NCBI GenBank assembly: GCA_044226015.1
Contig: JBGAHS010000002.1
Coordinates: forward strand, 851,435-915,434
Length of the DNA: 64,000 nt
DNA from: Candidatus Obscuribacteraceae bacterium
GTDB taxonomy: Bacteria; Cyanobacteriota; Vampirovibrionia; Obscuribacterales; Obscuribacteraceae
Direction of reading: 5' to 3'
How positions within the stretch are numbered: position 1 is the stretch's first letter; each line of letters starts with the position of its first letter. The notes under the pieces were generated by a model. It did not search any database and was not told the DNA's origin. It saw nothing but the letters and a program-made list of their open reading frames with translations. The translations under genes and the position numbers were made by a program. Of this stretch, positions 8,697 through 19,322 are shown one piece after another.

Positions 8697-11600
8697 TTAG
8701 AAGGAGAACAGGAATTCCAAATCTTCCCGCGTCAATTCTTTGGCAATTGACTCATCATCGCCGATAACCATATCGGCGAGTTCTTTCTTCTTCTGCTGCA
8801 ACGCAATAATTTTCTCTTCTACAGTTCCACGAGTAATCAACTTGTAATTGAATACATGTCTCGTTTGACCAATTCTGTGCGCTCGGTCTGTTGCCTGGCT
8901 CTCTACAGCAGGGTTCCACCATGGGTCATAATGGATGACATAGTCCGCACCGGTCAGGTTCAACCCTGTACCACCAGCTTTTAGACTGATCAAGAATATC
9001 GGAATAGACTGGTCCTCATTGAAGCGATTGACGCGATCTAACCTTTCCTTCGCTGGTACCTGACCGTCAATGTACTCATAAGTGAGCTTGCTCTTCTCAA
9101 GCTCAACCCGAATCAATGAAAGCATCTCGACGAACTGACTGAAAATGAGTATTTTATGACCGGCATCTGCAATTTCAGTAATCATCGCAAGCAACGAAGC
9201 CAGCTTAGCAGACGGTGGCACAGCAGTTTTCTCGTCTCTGTTCTTCAGCAAGCGAGGGTCGCAGCAAACCTGGCGAAGTCGCAACAATGCAGCGAGCACT
9301 GAAATCGATGAACGACCAAATCCGCGAGAAGCAATTTCACCAAATACTTTCTGACGGCAATCATCCAGCACATCCAGGTACAGTGCACGTTGCTCGTCGT
9401 CCATTTCACACTGGCTAATGATGTCAGTACGCGGAGGAAGTTCCTTTTCGACCTGACTCTTCAAGCGTCGCATTATAAATGGATGAACAATCTTACGCAG
9501 CTTCTGTCCTGACTCACCGAGCCCAGCTTCGATTGGGCGCTCGAAATTGTCATTGAAATCTCGATACGTTCCCAAAAATTCAGGCATCAAGAAATCAAAC
9601 AAAGACCAGAGTTCTTTCAGCCTGTTCTCAACTGGAGTACCTGAGAGACAAACGCGATGCAATGCCTTTAAGCTCTTGGACGCGACAGCCCCTACCGACT
9701 CTGGGTTTTTGATGTTCTGTGCTTCATCGAGCACCAGATAATCGAATTGAATCTCTTTCAACTGTTCGTAGTCACGTCGGATGATTCCATACGTAGTAAA
9801 AATTACGTCGGGGAGATTTGCAGCGCCCTTCTTAAGCCTCTGCAAGAGCTCACCACGTTCTCTTCCGAGGAAAAGCGCAGTCGAAAGCTTGGGGCTGAAC
9901 TTTTCAGCTTCAGCCAACCAGTTATAAACCACTGATGTAGGTGCCACCACGAGCGATGGCGCACGCTTCTTGCCATTAGTATGATGCGACAAGAGTAAAA
10001 CGAGAGCTTGAATTGTTTTTCCGAGACCCATGTCATCGGCAAGAATTCCTGCAAGCCCGTATTCGCGAAGGAAAGACAACCAGTTGTAGCCTTCTCGCTG
10101 GTACTCACGCAGGCTTCCCTGAAATGATTTGGGAATTGGCATTGGCGCAAGCTCTTTGAAGTTGCGCAGCTTATGAATGAATTCTTTGAACCCTTCGCTT
10201 GCTTCGATTTCGATGCCTTGTGTTTCAAGCAAATGGGCAATCGGCAAAGCTTGGTAAAGAGGACGCACTGGCTCTTTGCTCGCACCGACCCCTTTCAAAA
10301 CTGCAAGAAGAGTTGCGACTGGCAAACGAACGAAAGAACCAGCCTCCAACTTCAAATAGTTCCTGTTCTTAAAGACTGATTCAAGAACCTGTGGAAGAGT
10401 CAGCTTCACACCTGTAGCAGTGATGGCTTGCAAATCAAACTCGAAATTATAAGAGTCTTTCTGAAGCGATAACACCGCCTTCAGCTTGACTGCGTCGCGC
10501 TCTACCTTGTAATACTTCAGTGTTTCAAGACCAGTGATTTCCCAGTCAGAACTGTCTTCAGAACATGTGTAGTAAAGCGCATCAAGAGCCGGTTCTTCAT
10601 TGAAGAAAAATCTATCAGCCAGAGTACGGGTAGGCTGCAGGTTGGTCAAGAAGCGCCTCAGTTGCCCTTCTTGTTCCCAGGTTCGCTTCACCCAAACACT
10701 CTGACCGGTATCAGTGACGGTGCGGGTATAAGGTTCAGACTCTACCGCACTTGTCTCATCTCTCGATGGCATAACAAGGTCGCCATATCTAAAACCAAGA
10801 ATCACTTCCAGGTCAGGAGGCTGATTTGTGATGTTCGGGTTGTTTCTGTTTGCAGACCTTTCAGCAACTTTGATAGAGGCTTTTGGTGGCTCAGTGATAG
10901 CCATAGGAAATGGCGCAGCACTTTCATCAAGTTCCACATCCATTCTCTTTTTCAGAATTGGTAAGTCCACTGAAAGAAACTTCGGTACAGTCTCAAGCTT
11001 GACTGTCATGTGCCCGTGCGAGTCAAAGAACTGGAAGAGTCGGTGAATTGCACCAAGATCTATTGGGTAGAAAACCTGTTTGGACATTACCCACGATGGT
11101 TGCCCGAGAAAGAAGACAGCCTCAGTAAGCGGCTCTTCATCAGGTCCAATCGCAGAAAGCAGAATGGAAAGTTCACCACTTTCTGTTTCTGTTATTTTGA
11201 TTTTCGGCTTTGCCTGCTGCGCCGAAAAACTCATCGGCGTTCCATCAGAGGCATTAACCAGATTGCAGCAAAGTCCTAGCTGTGCCAGCACAACACCCTC
11301 ATCACCGCGAGGTATGCGATGTCCGCCCGCGGGTCCTTTTGTTGATTGCGGAAGCTGCAAAAGATATTTCACTAGAGTATGAATGCGACTTCCATCTTCG
11401 AGGAAGTTCAACATAGGCTCTGGGACTTTTAGTATGTTCACTTTGCCATGAACTTCATCGGGCAAAGTTCCAACAATAAAAGCCAGCGGTTTTTCGAGAA
11501 CCAGCACGCCCATTGTAAAGTCACGCTGTATGTTGTTTGCCGCAAGCTCTGTCAAAGCGACCTTCGGGTCTTCCAGAAGATCCTTCGCGCGCGGACCGTG

Positions 11601-11954
11601 CTCTTGCGTTGGCTCTTTCAAAGAATCGCCCGTGTCAAACCTGATGCCAGGAAAACTTCGAGCGATGTGAGTCAAAACGACAGAAACTGAATGCTTGCAA
11701 ATCTCTTCAAAGTAAGGACATGAACAAACAGCTTTGAAGTTATCATTCGGTTCAACCGTCACCGTAATCTTGTATGGCTGCGGCTCAGAGCCTATGACCA
11801 GAGCCTCTACTTGCGCACCGTCATTCTGCTCTTCGTATTTCAAAACTTTTTTGCGGCGCCAGTACTGAACACCCCGACGATAGACGGGAGGACTTGCAGC
11901 GTCCTGCAGAGCCTGGAGCGATATGGTTGCTCTTTTGCTGGATACGGGCTTCAT
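8697..11954 (-). CDS. SWIM zinc finger + SNF2 family helicase/ATPase
   Basis: SWIM CSCPYFEEICKH; LADDMGLGKT, DEAQ, SGTPVEN, WWNPAVESQATDRAHRIGQ. Confidence 0.95.
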   Translation of the reverse strand: MKPVSSKRATISLQALQDAASPPVYRRGVQYWRRKKVLKYEEQNDGAQVEALVIGSEPQPYKITVTVEPNDNFKAVCSCPYFEEICKHSVSVVLTHIARSFPGIRFDTGDSLKEPTQEHGPRAKDLLEDPKVALTELAANNIQRDFTMGVLVLEKPLAFIVGTLPDEVHGKVNILKVPEPMLNFLEDGSRIHTLVKYLLQLPQSTKGPAGGHRIPRGDEGVVLAQLGLCCNLVNASDGTPMSFSAQQAKPKIKITETESGELSILLSAIGPDEEPLTEAVFFLGQPSWVMSKQVFYPIDLGAIHRLFQFFDSHGHMTVKLETVPKFLSVDLPILKKRMDVELDESAAPFPMAITEPPKASIKVAERSANRNNPNITNQPPDLEVILGFRYGDLVMPSRDETSAVESEPYTRTVTDTGQSVWVKRTWEQEGQLRRFLTNLQPTRTLADRFFFNEEPALDALYYTCSEDSSDWEITGLETLKYYKVERDAVKLKAVLSLQKDSYNFEFDLQAITATGVKLTLPQVLESVFKNRNYLKLEAGSFVRLPVATLLAVLKGVGASKEPVRPLYQALPIAHLLETQGIEIEASEGFKEFIHKLRNFKELAPMPIPKSFQGSLREYQREGYNWLSFLREYGLAGILADDMGLGKTIQALVLLLSHHTNGKKRAPSLVVAPTSVVYNWLAEAEKFSPKLSTALFLGRERGELLQRLKKGAANLPDVIFTTYGIIRRDYEQLKEIQFDYLVLDEAQNIKNPESVGAVASKSLKALHRVCLSGTPVENRLKELWSLFDFLMPEFLGTYRDFNDNFERPIEAGLGESGQKLRKIVHPFIMRRLKSQVEKELPPRTDIISQCEMDDEQRALYLDVLDDCRQKVFGEIASRGFGRSSISVLAALLRLRQVCCDPRLLKNRDEKTAVPPSAKLASLLAMITEIADAGHKILIFSQFVEMLSLIRVELEKSKLTYEYIDGQVPAKERLDRVNRFNEDQSIPIFLISLKAGGTGLNLTGADYVIHYDPWWNPAVESQATDRAHRIGQTRHVFNYKLITRGTVEEKIIALQQKKKELADMVIGDDESIAKELTREDLEFLFSF

Positions 11955-12070
11955 CAGCTTCGAAGAACTGCCTTAAATTACAGGATAAACACAGACTTCT
12001 CCCCGCTTCAATTCACAAAGAATTGAGCGTGGTTGGTCCCAGCGATTTAAAGCTTAGCATGTAATGCGCT

Positions 12071-13234
12071 TCAAGAGAATGTGGATTGTGAGGTTTGGTT
12101 CTCAGGAGGAGCGTAGGCTTCTGCCATTCCAGCTGCTCGCCCCGTCGGGGCCACTGGAGAACGCTGCTGAAGAAGGCGTTGCAACTCGGTCTGCCGCGCT
12201 TCCAGTTGAGCACAATACGTCTGCCAGACCTCTGCCTGCGAGCGCAGAACCCTTGCGTTGTGCGTTAGCTCAGGAAGAAGGCTTTCAACTTCACCTATTA
12301 AGGATGAGGCTTTGTGCAACGGTGGGCGGACAGAAATCTCGTCTTCGGCTCCTGGCGGAGGCGTCGGGTCATTCGGGTCAGCGATGAAAATGTCTTCTTT
12401 GATTTTGACAAGTGTTTCGCGTATGCGTAGCGCGCGCTGGTAGGCAAGCTCAGCTTCTTGTTCAAGCCATTCTTTGCGTTTTCGCTGAGAAGCAATGTCG
12501 GCATTGAGATGGTCGAGGGCTCTGCGCCTTAGTACCAGTTCAGACTCTTTGGAGTTGAGTTCTTTCTCACGCAACTCAAGAACTCGCTGACGCCAGAGAA
12601 TCATAACAATGAATGAACTTGCAAACCCTACCATCACAAGGGTCAGAAGAATGTAGCCTCTCTTCGACCCTCGCATTTCGGTCCAATTGCTGGCAACAGC
12701 TGAAAGCAAGTCTTCATGAAAAGCAGGGGGCACACCTCGAACGTAATATAGTCGCCCAATGGCGCGACCAGGAGGCTTGCTCAACTTAATAACATCGTCG
12801 ATGCGCGGTCCATTGTGCGAAAACTGTGACGCCAGCGGCGGAGGGTCGGTCAACAGGTCGTAAGGCTCTTTCAGCGATTGAAGATATTCAATGTTCAAAA
12901 GCGGCTGCCAGGACTCTTTCTGGTAAAAATTGCTCGTGCGAAAAAAGATTTCCTGCCCAGACGGGTCAGTCACGACCAGCCCAAATATGCCAAAGTTCGA
13001 ATTCAATACTTTTTGAACTTCATCTACCTTTCCAGCGAGAATCAGCTGCGAAAGGCAGGAAGGCAGAGTGTGATGAAGAATGTTGAAATCGACCGTCTGC
13101 ACTCGATGAATCGTGCCGTTCCAATAGCTTTCATAATGTGAACGACAGAAACCAAGCCACAGCAACAGCGAAACAATAATCACTGATGGGATCAGGAAGC
13201 GCTTTTGAATTGAAAGTACAAGCCGGTTCAACAT
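12071..13234 (-). CDS. Hypothetical two-TM membrane protein with extracytoplasmic domain and C-terminal coiled coil
   Basis: 387 aa; TMs near residues 14-30 and 195-213; heptad-rich C-terminus; no output domain recognised. Confidence 0.75.
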   Translation of the reverse strand: MLNRLVLSIQKRFLIPSVIIVSLLLWLGFCRSHYESYWNGTIHRVQTVDFNILHHTLPSCLSQLILAGKVDEVQKVLNSNFGIFGLVVTDPSGQEIFFRTSNFYQKESWQPLLNIEYLQSLKEPYDLLTDPPPLASQFSHNGPRIDDVIKLSKPPGRAIGRLYYVRGVPPAFHEDLLSAVASNWTEMRGSKRGYILLTLVMVGFASSFIVMILWRQRVLELREKELNSKESELVLRRRALDHLNADIASQRKRKEWLEQEAELAYQRALRIRETLVKIKEDIFIADPNDPTPPPGAEDEISVRPPLHKASSLIGEVESLLPELTHNARVLRSQAEVWQTYCAQLEARQTELQRLLQQRSPVAPTGRAAGMAEAYAPPENQTSQSTFS

Positions 13235-13342
13235 GGTTTCCTGAGAATGCGGGTCATGAGGGATCTTACATTAGGGACAGAGAAAGTACATACGTATTTC
13301 CGCCCACCCTCCGGCAAAATCGGGATTTTCTTTGCAAAAAAT

Positions 13343-13370
13343 GCCCTTGAAAAACGCCCTTGAAAAACGC
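13343..13370. repeat. 13-bp tandem duplication
   Basis: GCCCTTGAAAAAC x2 in an intergenic region. Confidence 0.6.
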
Positions 13371-13406
13371 GTCTCCAGATTAATAATGCAGTTCCAGTTG
13401 GCTAAA

Positions 13407-13724
13407 TCAACCAGATATCAATCGATTGCCGTTGGAGTCTAGACCTAGTGCCTGTTGATTAGAATAGGATTCAGCCAGGCTTTGCTTGTTTTTTTCAAAG
13501 TCCAGAATCCACTGGCTAATCAAGCCACAGCCGGCGCAGCCCAGAGACTTCACACAGGAGTGTTTTGGGCTTCCGGCTTTGAATCGCTTGGCTGGATTCA
13601 TAGGTATACCGAAAAACGATTGTGACACCCATTCCATCAGCCCCCAACGGACAGAAACAAGCGGAAAAAAACCAATCTCTAGCAGCTGAACTGAGCCACA
13701 TCCAGGACATTTGTTTGTATGCAT
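13407..13724 (-). CDS. Small zinc-ribbon-like hypothetical protein
   Basis: Likely start MHTNK (ATG 13724, GAGGG upstream); CPGC and CAGC Cys pairs. Confidence 0.55.
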   Translation of the reverse strand: MHTNKCPGCGSVQLLEIGFFPLVSVRWGLMEWVSQSFFGIPMNPAKRFKAGSPKHSCVKSLGCAGCGLISQWILDFEKNKQSLAESYSNQQALGLDSNGNRLISG

Positions 13725-13991
13725 ATTGCCCTCTGACCTTGCGGAACCTAGAAACAAAGCGGGTAGGGAGTCGCGCAAAGGCAATATTAAACGAACCCTG
13801 CAGTAACAACAATTATGAAGAATCCTTAAGGTTGAAAAGCGTTATGTCTTTTGATCCTACGGGTATTAATACTGTGTGCAGGAAACAGCTTGTGGAGAAC
13901 TCGTTATAGAGTCAAACAAATCCTAAAGCATAATACGTCTGACGCACTTAATACGCCATAGAGGCGCGACCCTACGCGGGTCACAAATATT

Positions 13992-14016
13992 GGCCGCCCC
14001 TTCGGGGGCGGCCTAC
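13992..14016 (-). terminator. GC-rich hairpin (terminator or GTAG-REP-like)
   Basis: Minus strand GTAGGCCGCCCCCGAAGGGGCGGCC, downstream of the 14167-16158 kinase. Confidence 0.55.
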
Positions 14017-14047
14017 CAATTTTAAAACGCTAAAACTGTGAGACAGC

Positions 14048-14158
14048 ACCGGAAAGAACTGAAACGGTACCGGTTGAGTTCTGGGAAAAATCTGCGCCCT
14101 ACCGCCGTAGAAAAACCGGAGAACTGCATCGGTACCGGTTGAGTTCTGGGGAAAATCT
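14048..14158. repeat. Two imperfect ~45-bp direct repeats, each quasi-palindromic
   Basis: accggaaagaactgaaacggtaccggttgagttctgggaaaaatct (14048-14093) and accggagaactgcatcggtaccggttgagttctggggaaaatct (14115-14158). Confidence 0.8.
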
Positions 14159-14166
14159 CACCTAGA

Positions 14167-16158
14167 TCAAATCCACCCCAGAAGGTACTCGGTTTCGACC
14201 GATTTCCCTTTCCACATCAACACGTCACCAGAGCCGTTAAGCTCACTAATTACCTGATCAGTTATCGAAACAATGTTATCCCCTTCATGATGTTCATGCA
14301 AAAGCTTTTTCAATCTAAGCATCGTATCCAGACAGTCTTTCTTGTTACCCTCTAGGTAGCACCACTTCGCCAAACGCAACATTGCTTGTTCTTGCAAGAT
14401 TCTCCGCCCCCGCGATTTGCCAAGATCACACATTACACTATCGACAGCTTCATGGATGAATTTCTCAGCTTCTTTGGCACGTCCAGCTTCTTTGAGCACC
14501 TGGGCTTTCATCACATACATAGGCGAAACACCGCTTGGGTAAGCACCTTCATTCGACCCGAGCGGAATAAGGAGATCGAGATATTTCAAACTCCTTTCAA
14601 AGTCTTTCATTCGATATGCATTAACAGCGCAATAGGTGTAAAGATCGACCCGCCTGTTCAGCGTGTCGAGAACTCTATCAAGAGGAGCAGGAATTTGCAG
14701 GTACAGAAAACTGGAAGCCTCATCCTCAGACAATTGTCGATTTCTCAATATCCTATCAAGCAAGACCTTTTGCCCTTCAAGATCATTTCGCTTTAGCGCC
14801 AAAATCATTTCAGCTGTGTCACAGTAAACAGACTCAAAATAAGGTTTCACAGATTGAGTCGGAATGAGTTGCCTAGCCCGAATGATGGAAGCTTTCATGT
14901 CGTCTAAATCAGGACCCAAGATATCGATGACTCTCGCTCTCAAAATCCAGGCTGCAAATTTTAACCCTCTGTTCTTTTCGGTCAGCGGTCCAGATTCAAT
15001 TTCTTGAAATACGAGCTGTTCTCTGGTCTTAAATTTCTGCAGCAGCTTCGCTTCGGGCTGAGCAGGCAAGTCCTTAAAATCCTTCATTAGCTGAAGTAAC
15101 TGCGCCTCCAGAGATACAAATTTCACCCCTGAACCTTGCTGTATTCCCAACTTTACTTCAGCAGACTTTCTCGTATGCGCAAAATAGAAACAGATTGCAA
15201 GCGAGCTGACAAAACAGAAAGCAAGCACAGGAAAAATCGGAAAGCGTCGCGCGACTACAGCTGGCTGGTGAGCAGCAAAAGCCTCGCGTAGAAGCTTGAG
15301 AAATTCTTCTCCACTTCGCAAGCGCCGTTCGGGATTGCGAGCAAGAGCCCTATCAAACAAACGACGCACCGCCGGCGATACCTTGTTCAACAAAGGAGAA
15401 AGGTGTGCTACAGAATGATGAACCTTGTTATACTGCGTTGACAACTCCGAATCGCCCAGAAATGGCGGCTCACCGAAAACACATTCAAAAATAACACAGG
15501 CACATGAATAAAAATCTGAAGCCGGACCTGGCACCTCACCACGACATTGCTCTGGACTCATATAGGCAGGGCTGCCAGACAGCAACGTAGTTCTGGTCAG
15601 CCCAGCTGCCGAGCTTTCATCTTTTTCTTCAATTTCTCTTGCTATGCCGAAATCCAGAAGTTTAGCCACATAGACACCTGCATCTTCCGAAATCATGATG
15701 TTGCTTGGCTTAATGTCACGATGAATTATTCTGTTTTCGTGAGCATACTGAAGGGCATTAATGATTTGCTGAAAAATCAGATAAATAAGCTCAGGAGCCA
15801 GACGCCCATCTCGCTTTAGAATTGTCTGCAGAGATTCTCCTTCCAGATATTCACAAACCAGAAACGGAGCTGAATTTGCATTTACCCCAACTTGAAACAA
15901 GCGCACTATGTTTGGATGCTCTAGTTTTTTTGCCAGAGTTTGAGCCTCGCGTTTCATACGCTCAGCCTGCTTTTTCATCTCCTCGGAATCTTCGTTTTTG
16001 AGAATCTTCAATGCAACTATGCGGTCAAGATTTGCAGAGCGAGCCTTATACACCACCCCATGAGCGCCCTCACCCAGTGGCGCTATTACGGAAAACCCAA
16101 GCGGCATATTGGGCACTTCCACGAAGCTTTGCGGTTTAATTTTCCCAGGCTCTTCCAT
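14167..16158 (-). CDS. Ser/Thr protein kinase with TM and helical (TPR-like) C-terminal domain
   Basis: GEGAHGVVY, VALK, HRDIKPSN, DFG, YMSPEQ; TM IFPVLAFCFVSSLAICFYF. Confidence 0.92.
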   Translation of the reverse strand: MEEPGKIKPQSFVEVPNMPLGFSVIAPLGEGAHGVVYKARSANLDRIVALKILKNEDSEEMKKQAERMKREAQTLAKKLEHPNIVRLFQVGVNANSAPFLVCEYLEGESLQTILKRDGRLAPELIYLIFQQIINALQYAHENRIIHRDIKPSNIMISEDAGVYVAKLLDFGIAREIEEKDESSAAGLTRTTLLSGSPAYMSPEQCRGEVPGPASDFYSCACVIFECVFGEPPFLGDSELSTQYNKVHHSVAHLSPLLNKVSPAVRRLFDRALARNPERRLRSGEEFLKLLREAFAAHQPAVVARRFPIFPVLAFCFVSSLAICFYFAHTRKSAEVKLGIQQGSGVKFVSLEAQLLQLMKDFKDLPAQPEAKLLQKFKTREQLVFQEIESGPLTEKNRGLKFAAWILRARVIDILGPDLDDMKASIIRARQLIPTQSVKPYFESVYCDTAEMILALKRNDLEGQKVLLDRILRNRQLSEDEASSFLYLQIPAPLDRVLDTLNRRVDLYTYCAVNAYRMKDFERSLKYLDLLIPLGSNEGAYPSGVSPMYVMKAQVLKEAGRAKEAEKFIHEAVDSVMCDLGKSRGRRILQEQAMLRLAKWCYLEGNKKDCLDTMLRLKKLLHEHHEGDNIVSITDQVISELNGSGDVLMWKGKSVETEYLLGWI

Positions 16159-16166
16159 TCTTCATC

Positions 16167-17597
16167 TCAACGAAACATCTGCATCAAAACGAATGTCAGA
16201 GTCAAAACCAAAACCAACACTGTGAAAACTTGGGAAGCTTGTTTATAAGCTCCTACAGCCTCGCTTTTGGTTCTTGCGCGGTAATACGTTCCTTTAATTG
16301 ACTCTACAGAACCATCCAGCGATGCAATTCCGGTCGGCACTTCTTCTTCGAGACTGACAAGCTCATGACCGCTTGCAGCAGAAGCAGCTTGCGATGGTGC
16401 CATAAATAGCTGCGCTAAAGCGGAGTTCGACGCTGACTTCTTAGTAGGCGCCTTCTCACTTGCTACTGGTTCTGTGCCTTTTCGCTGCGCGACATTCACC
16501 CCACCTTTGACCTTACTTCTAGGCCGCTTGGGGTTATGATGGAACGGACCCTGATCAACTAATTCACCGGAAGCCGCAATCAACTCACTTGAACCTGGGT
16601 CTGGCGAAGCATCAAAAACAACTATCTGCCTGGACGATTCTTCCTGATCAACAGGAAGCAACTCTGCAAAATCATCGGGCACTAATAAGTCTGTTCCGAA
16701 GCCGGGCAAATCAGATAGACTGCAGCCCGCAAGATAGCGCAGCTTTCTTGCGGCATCTTTTACAGCAGCTAACTCATGCGCCTCTAGCAAGAAGAACATA
16801 CGTGATGACGCAGGATTTGTGAGGTCAGACTTGCGAAATAACAAAGCATCGTTACCGCAAGAAAAATCGTCCCACAATTCAGGAGCATGTTTCAAAATCT
16901 CAACGCTCAAGTATATGAGCCATGCTGAAAAATTATCCAAGCGCTCATCAAAATCACTTTGCGAGCGCCCCGGATGCTGATAGGCTCCATGCCCTAGCTC
17001 GTTACTTTGCAATCCACGCAATTCAGGAACAAACATCGCATCATAATCAACAATCTTAATTGCGTCGCCATCTATCAAAATATTTCCATGCTGCAAGTCA
17101 CCATGAGCGATACCACACGCCTGCATCGAAGTCACAATTCTTGCGAACTCATTCTGAAATTTCTGCAGCCTCGCTGGATTGCTCTTTGCCTCAGCCAGCC
17201 AGCGCTCGAGAGTTTCCCCTGCACACCATTGCATTTTTAGCAATGGCATCCATTTGCCATGAACGAGTATTCCTTTTGCCTGCAATTCGAAATCAACAGC
17301 AAACGGAAACTTTGCCTTTTCCAAAGCGCCGCAAATTGCCGTATAGCGGTCAATCAAATCTGGAGTTTGACGCAGGAAGCACCGAGCAGCCCATGACTTA
17401 CCACTCTTACGAATCTGGTAGACACTTGCAAACATTCCGCTATAAGGACGCGGCAAACCCAGCGCATCGAGCTCAGGATTAGCCGTCGCCAGCTCAGCAT
17501 CACGAAAGCTGTGCAAGGGATTTTGCACAGCCTCATTGTAATCTTGAGGACTGGGCCACGAAGACGGAATTTTTCCCGACGGAATCTGTTCGTCCAA
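16167..17597 (-). CDS. TerY-triad-associated kinase-like protein with C-terminal TM
   Basis: WPSPQDYNEAVQNP N-terminus, GMFASVY, HGDLQHGNIL, IVDYDAM, YQHP; C-terminal hydrophobic helix. Confidence 0.85.
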   Translation of the reverse strand: MDEQIPSGKIPSSWPSPQDYNEAVQNPLHSFRDAELATANPELDALGLPRPYSGMFASVYQIRKSGKSWAARCFLRQTPDLIDRYTAICGALEKAKFPFAVDFELQAKGILVHGKWMPLLKMQWCAGETLERWLAEAKSNPARLQKFQNEFARIVTSMQACGIAHGDLQHGNILIDGDAIKIVDYDAMFVPELRGLQSNELGHGAYQHPGRSQSDFDERLDNFSAWLIYLSVEILKHAPELWDDFSCGNDALLFRKSDLTNPASSRMFFLLEAHELAAVKDAARKLRYLAGCSLSDLPGFGTDLLVPDDFAELLPVDQEESSRQIVVFDASPDPGSSELIAASGELVDQGPFHHNPKRPRSKVKGGVNVAQRKGTEPVASEKAPTKKSASNSALAQLFMAPSQAASAASGHELVSLEEEVPTGIASLDGSVESIKGTYYRARTKSEAVGAYKQASQVFTVLVLVLTLTFVLMQMFR

Positions 17598-17734
17598 GCT
17601 TCGGCGTGCCCCTGCGTAATATCTGGTGTTACATATTACAACTTACCCAAAGTTTTCTTCGTTCATCCAGATCCACTTGACTCGAATAATCGGGGATAAT
17701 CAATGAATTAAGAACTTATCTGGGGAAGACAAGT

Positions 17735-18574
17735 ATGCCCTATACCGCTGAAATAAGCAGAGCCAACCCGTCTTGCATCGTAATTCTTATAGACCAGTCT
17801 GGCTCGATGGAAGATCCATTCGGCCAGGGCGCCGGCAAGCGCAAGGCAGACGGTGTCGCCGACGCGGTCAACCGGCTGCTGCAAAACCTGGTAATTAAGT
17901 GTGCAAAGTCTGAAGGCATTAGAGACTACTACCATGTAGGAGTTCTGGGCTACGGTGACAGAGGCGTTGGTACGGTGTTTACCGGTATTCTTTCAGGAAA
18001 AGAACTGGTTCCTATCAGCGATATTGCAAACAACCCAGCCCGAGTCGAACAACGTACCAAAAAGGTAGATGACGGCGCCGGCGGTATTCTTGAACAGAAA
18101 ATCAAATTTCCGGTCTGGATCGACCCCTTATACAAGGGCGGAACCCCAATGTGCGAAGCCTTGCGCCAGGCGAAGCGCATTGTGAGTAATTGGCTTCACC
18201 AGCACAACGGCTGTTTTCCACCTATTGTTGTGAACATTACAGACGGCGAAGCGACCGACGGCGACGCTGAAGACCCGGCTGAACAGATAAGAAGAATGTC
18301 CAGCGAAGACGGAAATGTCCTCCTGTTCAATCTGCACATTTCCTCATCCAATCACGCTCCAATCGAATTCCCAGACTCGGAATCGTTGCTGCCAGACGAT
18401 TATGCAAAACTGCTTTTCAGAATGTCGAGCCAGCTGCCCGATTACATGTGGTCGCTGGTGCAGGAAGAAGGAATAATTATTTCCGACAACCCACGCGGCT
18501 TTGTGTTTAACGCTGACCTGGTATCAGTAATTCGCTTCCTCACAATCGGTACACGCCCCAGCAATCTCAGATGA
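17735..18574 (+). CDS. vWA-domain protein (TerY-like)
   Basis: MIDAS residues DQSGS, GGTPM, ITDG; MPYTAEISR N-terminus typical of vWA proteins paired with PP2C and kinase. Confidence 0.88.
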   Translation: MPYTAEISRANPSCIVILIDQSGSMEDPFGQGAGKRKADGVADAVNRLLQNLVIKCAKSEGIRDYYHVGVLGYGDRGVGTVFTGILSGKELVPISDIANNPARVEQRTKKVDDGAGGILEQKIKFPVWIDPLYKGGTPMCEALRQAKRIVSNWLHQHNGCFPPIVVNITDGEATDGDAEDPAEQIRRMSSEDGNVLLFNLHISSSNHAPIEFPDSESLLPDDYAKLLFRMSSQLPDYMWSLVQEEGIIISDNPRGFVFNADLVSVIRFLTIGTRPSNLR

Positions 18575-18581
18575 GGAAACA

Positions 18582-19322
18582 ATGAGAGTAAGCTATCGGG
18601 TGTTCTGGCTTCAGAAAGCGGGCATCAGCGCTGATGAATACGAAGATGCATACGCTCCGGAATCAGCCCCAGACCAGGAATTAAATGAGTTTCGCTGTGC
18701 CGTCGCAGATGGTGCTACGGAAACATCATTTTCTGGACTCTGGGCAAAAATGCTTTGCGATGCTTATACAGAAAAAAAATTCGACCTTATTGAGCTGCAA
18801 GCGGAGTGGCTCAAATCAGTCTCCAGCAAAGAACTTCCCTGGTACGCCGAACAGAAACTGGAATCAGGTGCGTTCGCCACAATACTTGGTCTAGACATTC
18901 GTGAAGAAAACAAAGAATTACACTGGTCAGCACGCGCACTCGGCGACAGTTGTTTGTTTCACATAAGAGGAACAGAAATTCTGAAAGCACTGCCACTAGA
19001 GAAATGGCAAGATTTTGATTACACCCCTATGCTGATTTCTTCACAGCAGAAAGCCAACAAAGGCGTACTGGAAAAACAAGAGCATGAAGTCGGACAATGC
19101 AAGCAAGGTGACGTTTTTTATCTAATGACCGACGCAATTTCAAAATGGTTTTTACGAAGACAGACAGAGCAGCAAGATGCCGTGAGAACCCTCGAAGCCA
19201 TTCGGGACAACGAGCAGTTTCAGAAAATTGTTGATACTGAACGACAGGCTAAAGATGCGGAAGGGCGAGCTCTGATGCCAAATGACGATGTAACGTGGAC
19301 TCGCATTGCATTGCTTGCTTGA
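18582..19322 (+). CDS. PP2C-like protein phosphatase
   Basis: AVADGA, GDS, LMTDA and DDVT metal-binding motifs; 7 bp after the vWA gene. Confidence 0.85.
   Translation: MRVSYRVFWLQKAGISADEYEDAYAPESAPDQELNEFRCAVADGATETSFSGLWAKMLCDAYTEKKFDLIELQAEWLKSVSSKELPWYAEQKLESGAFATILGLDIREENKELHWSARALGDSCLFHIRGTEILKALPLEKWQDFDYTPMLISSQQKANKGVLEKQEHEVGQCKQGDVFYLMTDAISKWFLRRQTEQQDAVRTLEAIRDNEQFQKIVDTERQAKDAEGRALMPNDDVTWTRIALLA

Noticed and set aside
14048..14158. Possible CRISPR mini-array
   Set aside because: Only two imperfect ~45-bp copies, a 21-bp spacer and no cas genes in the window
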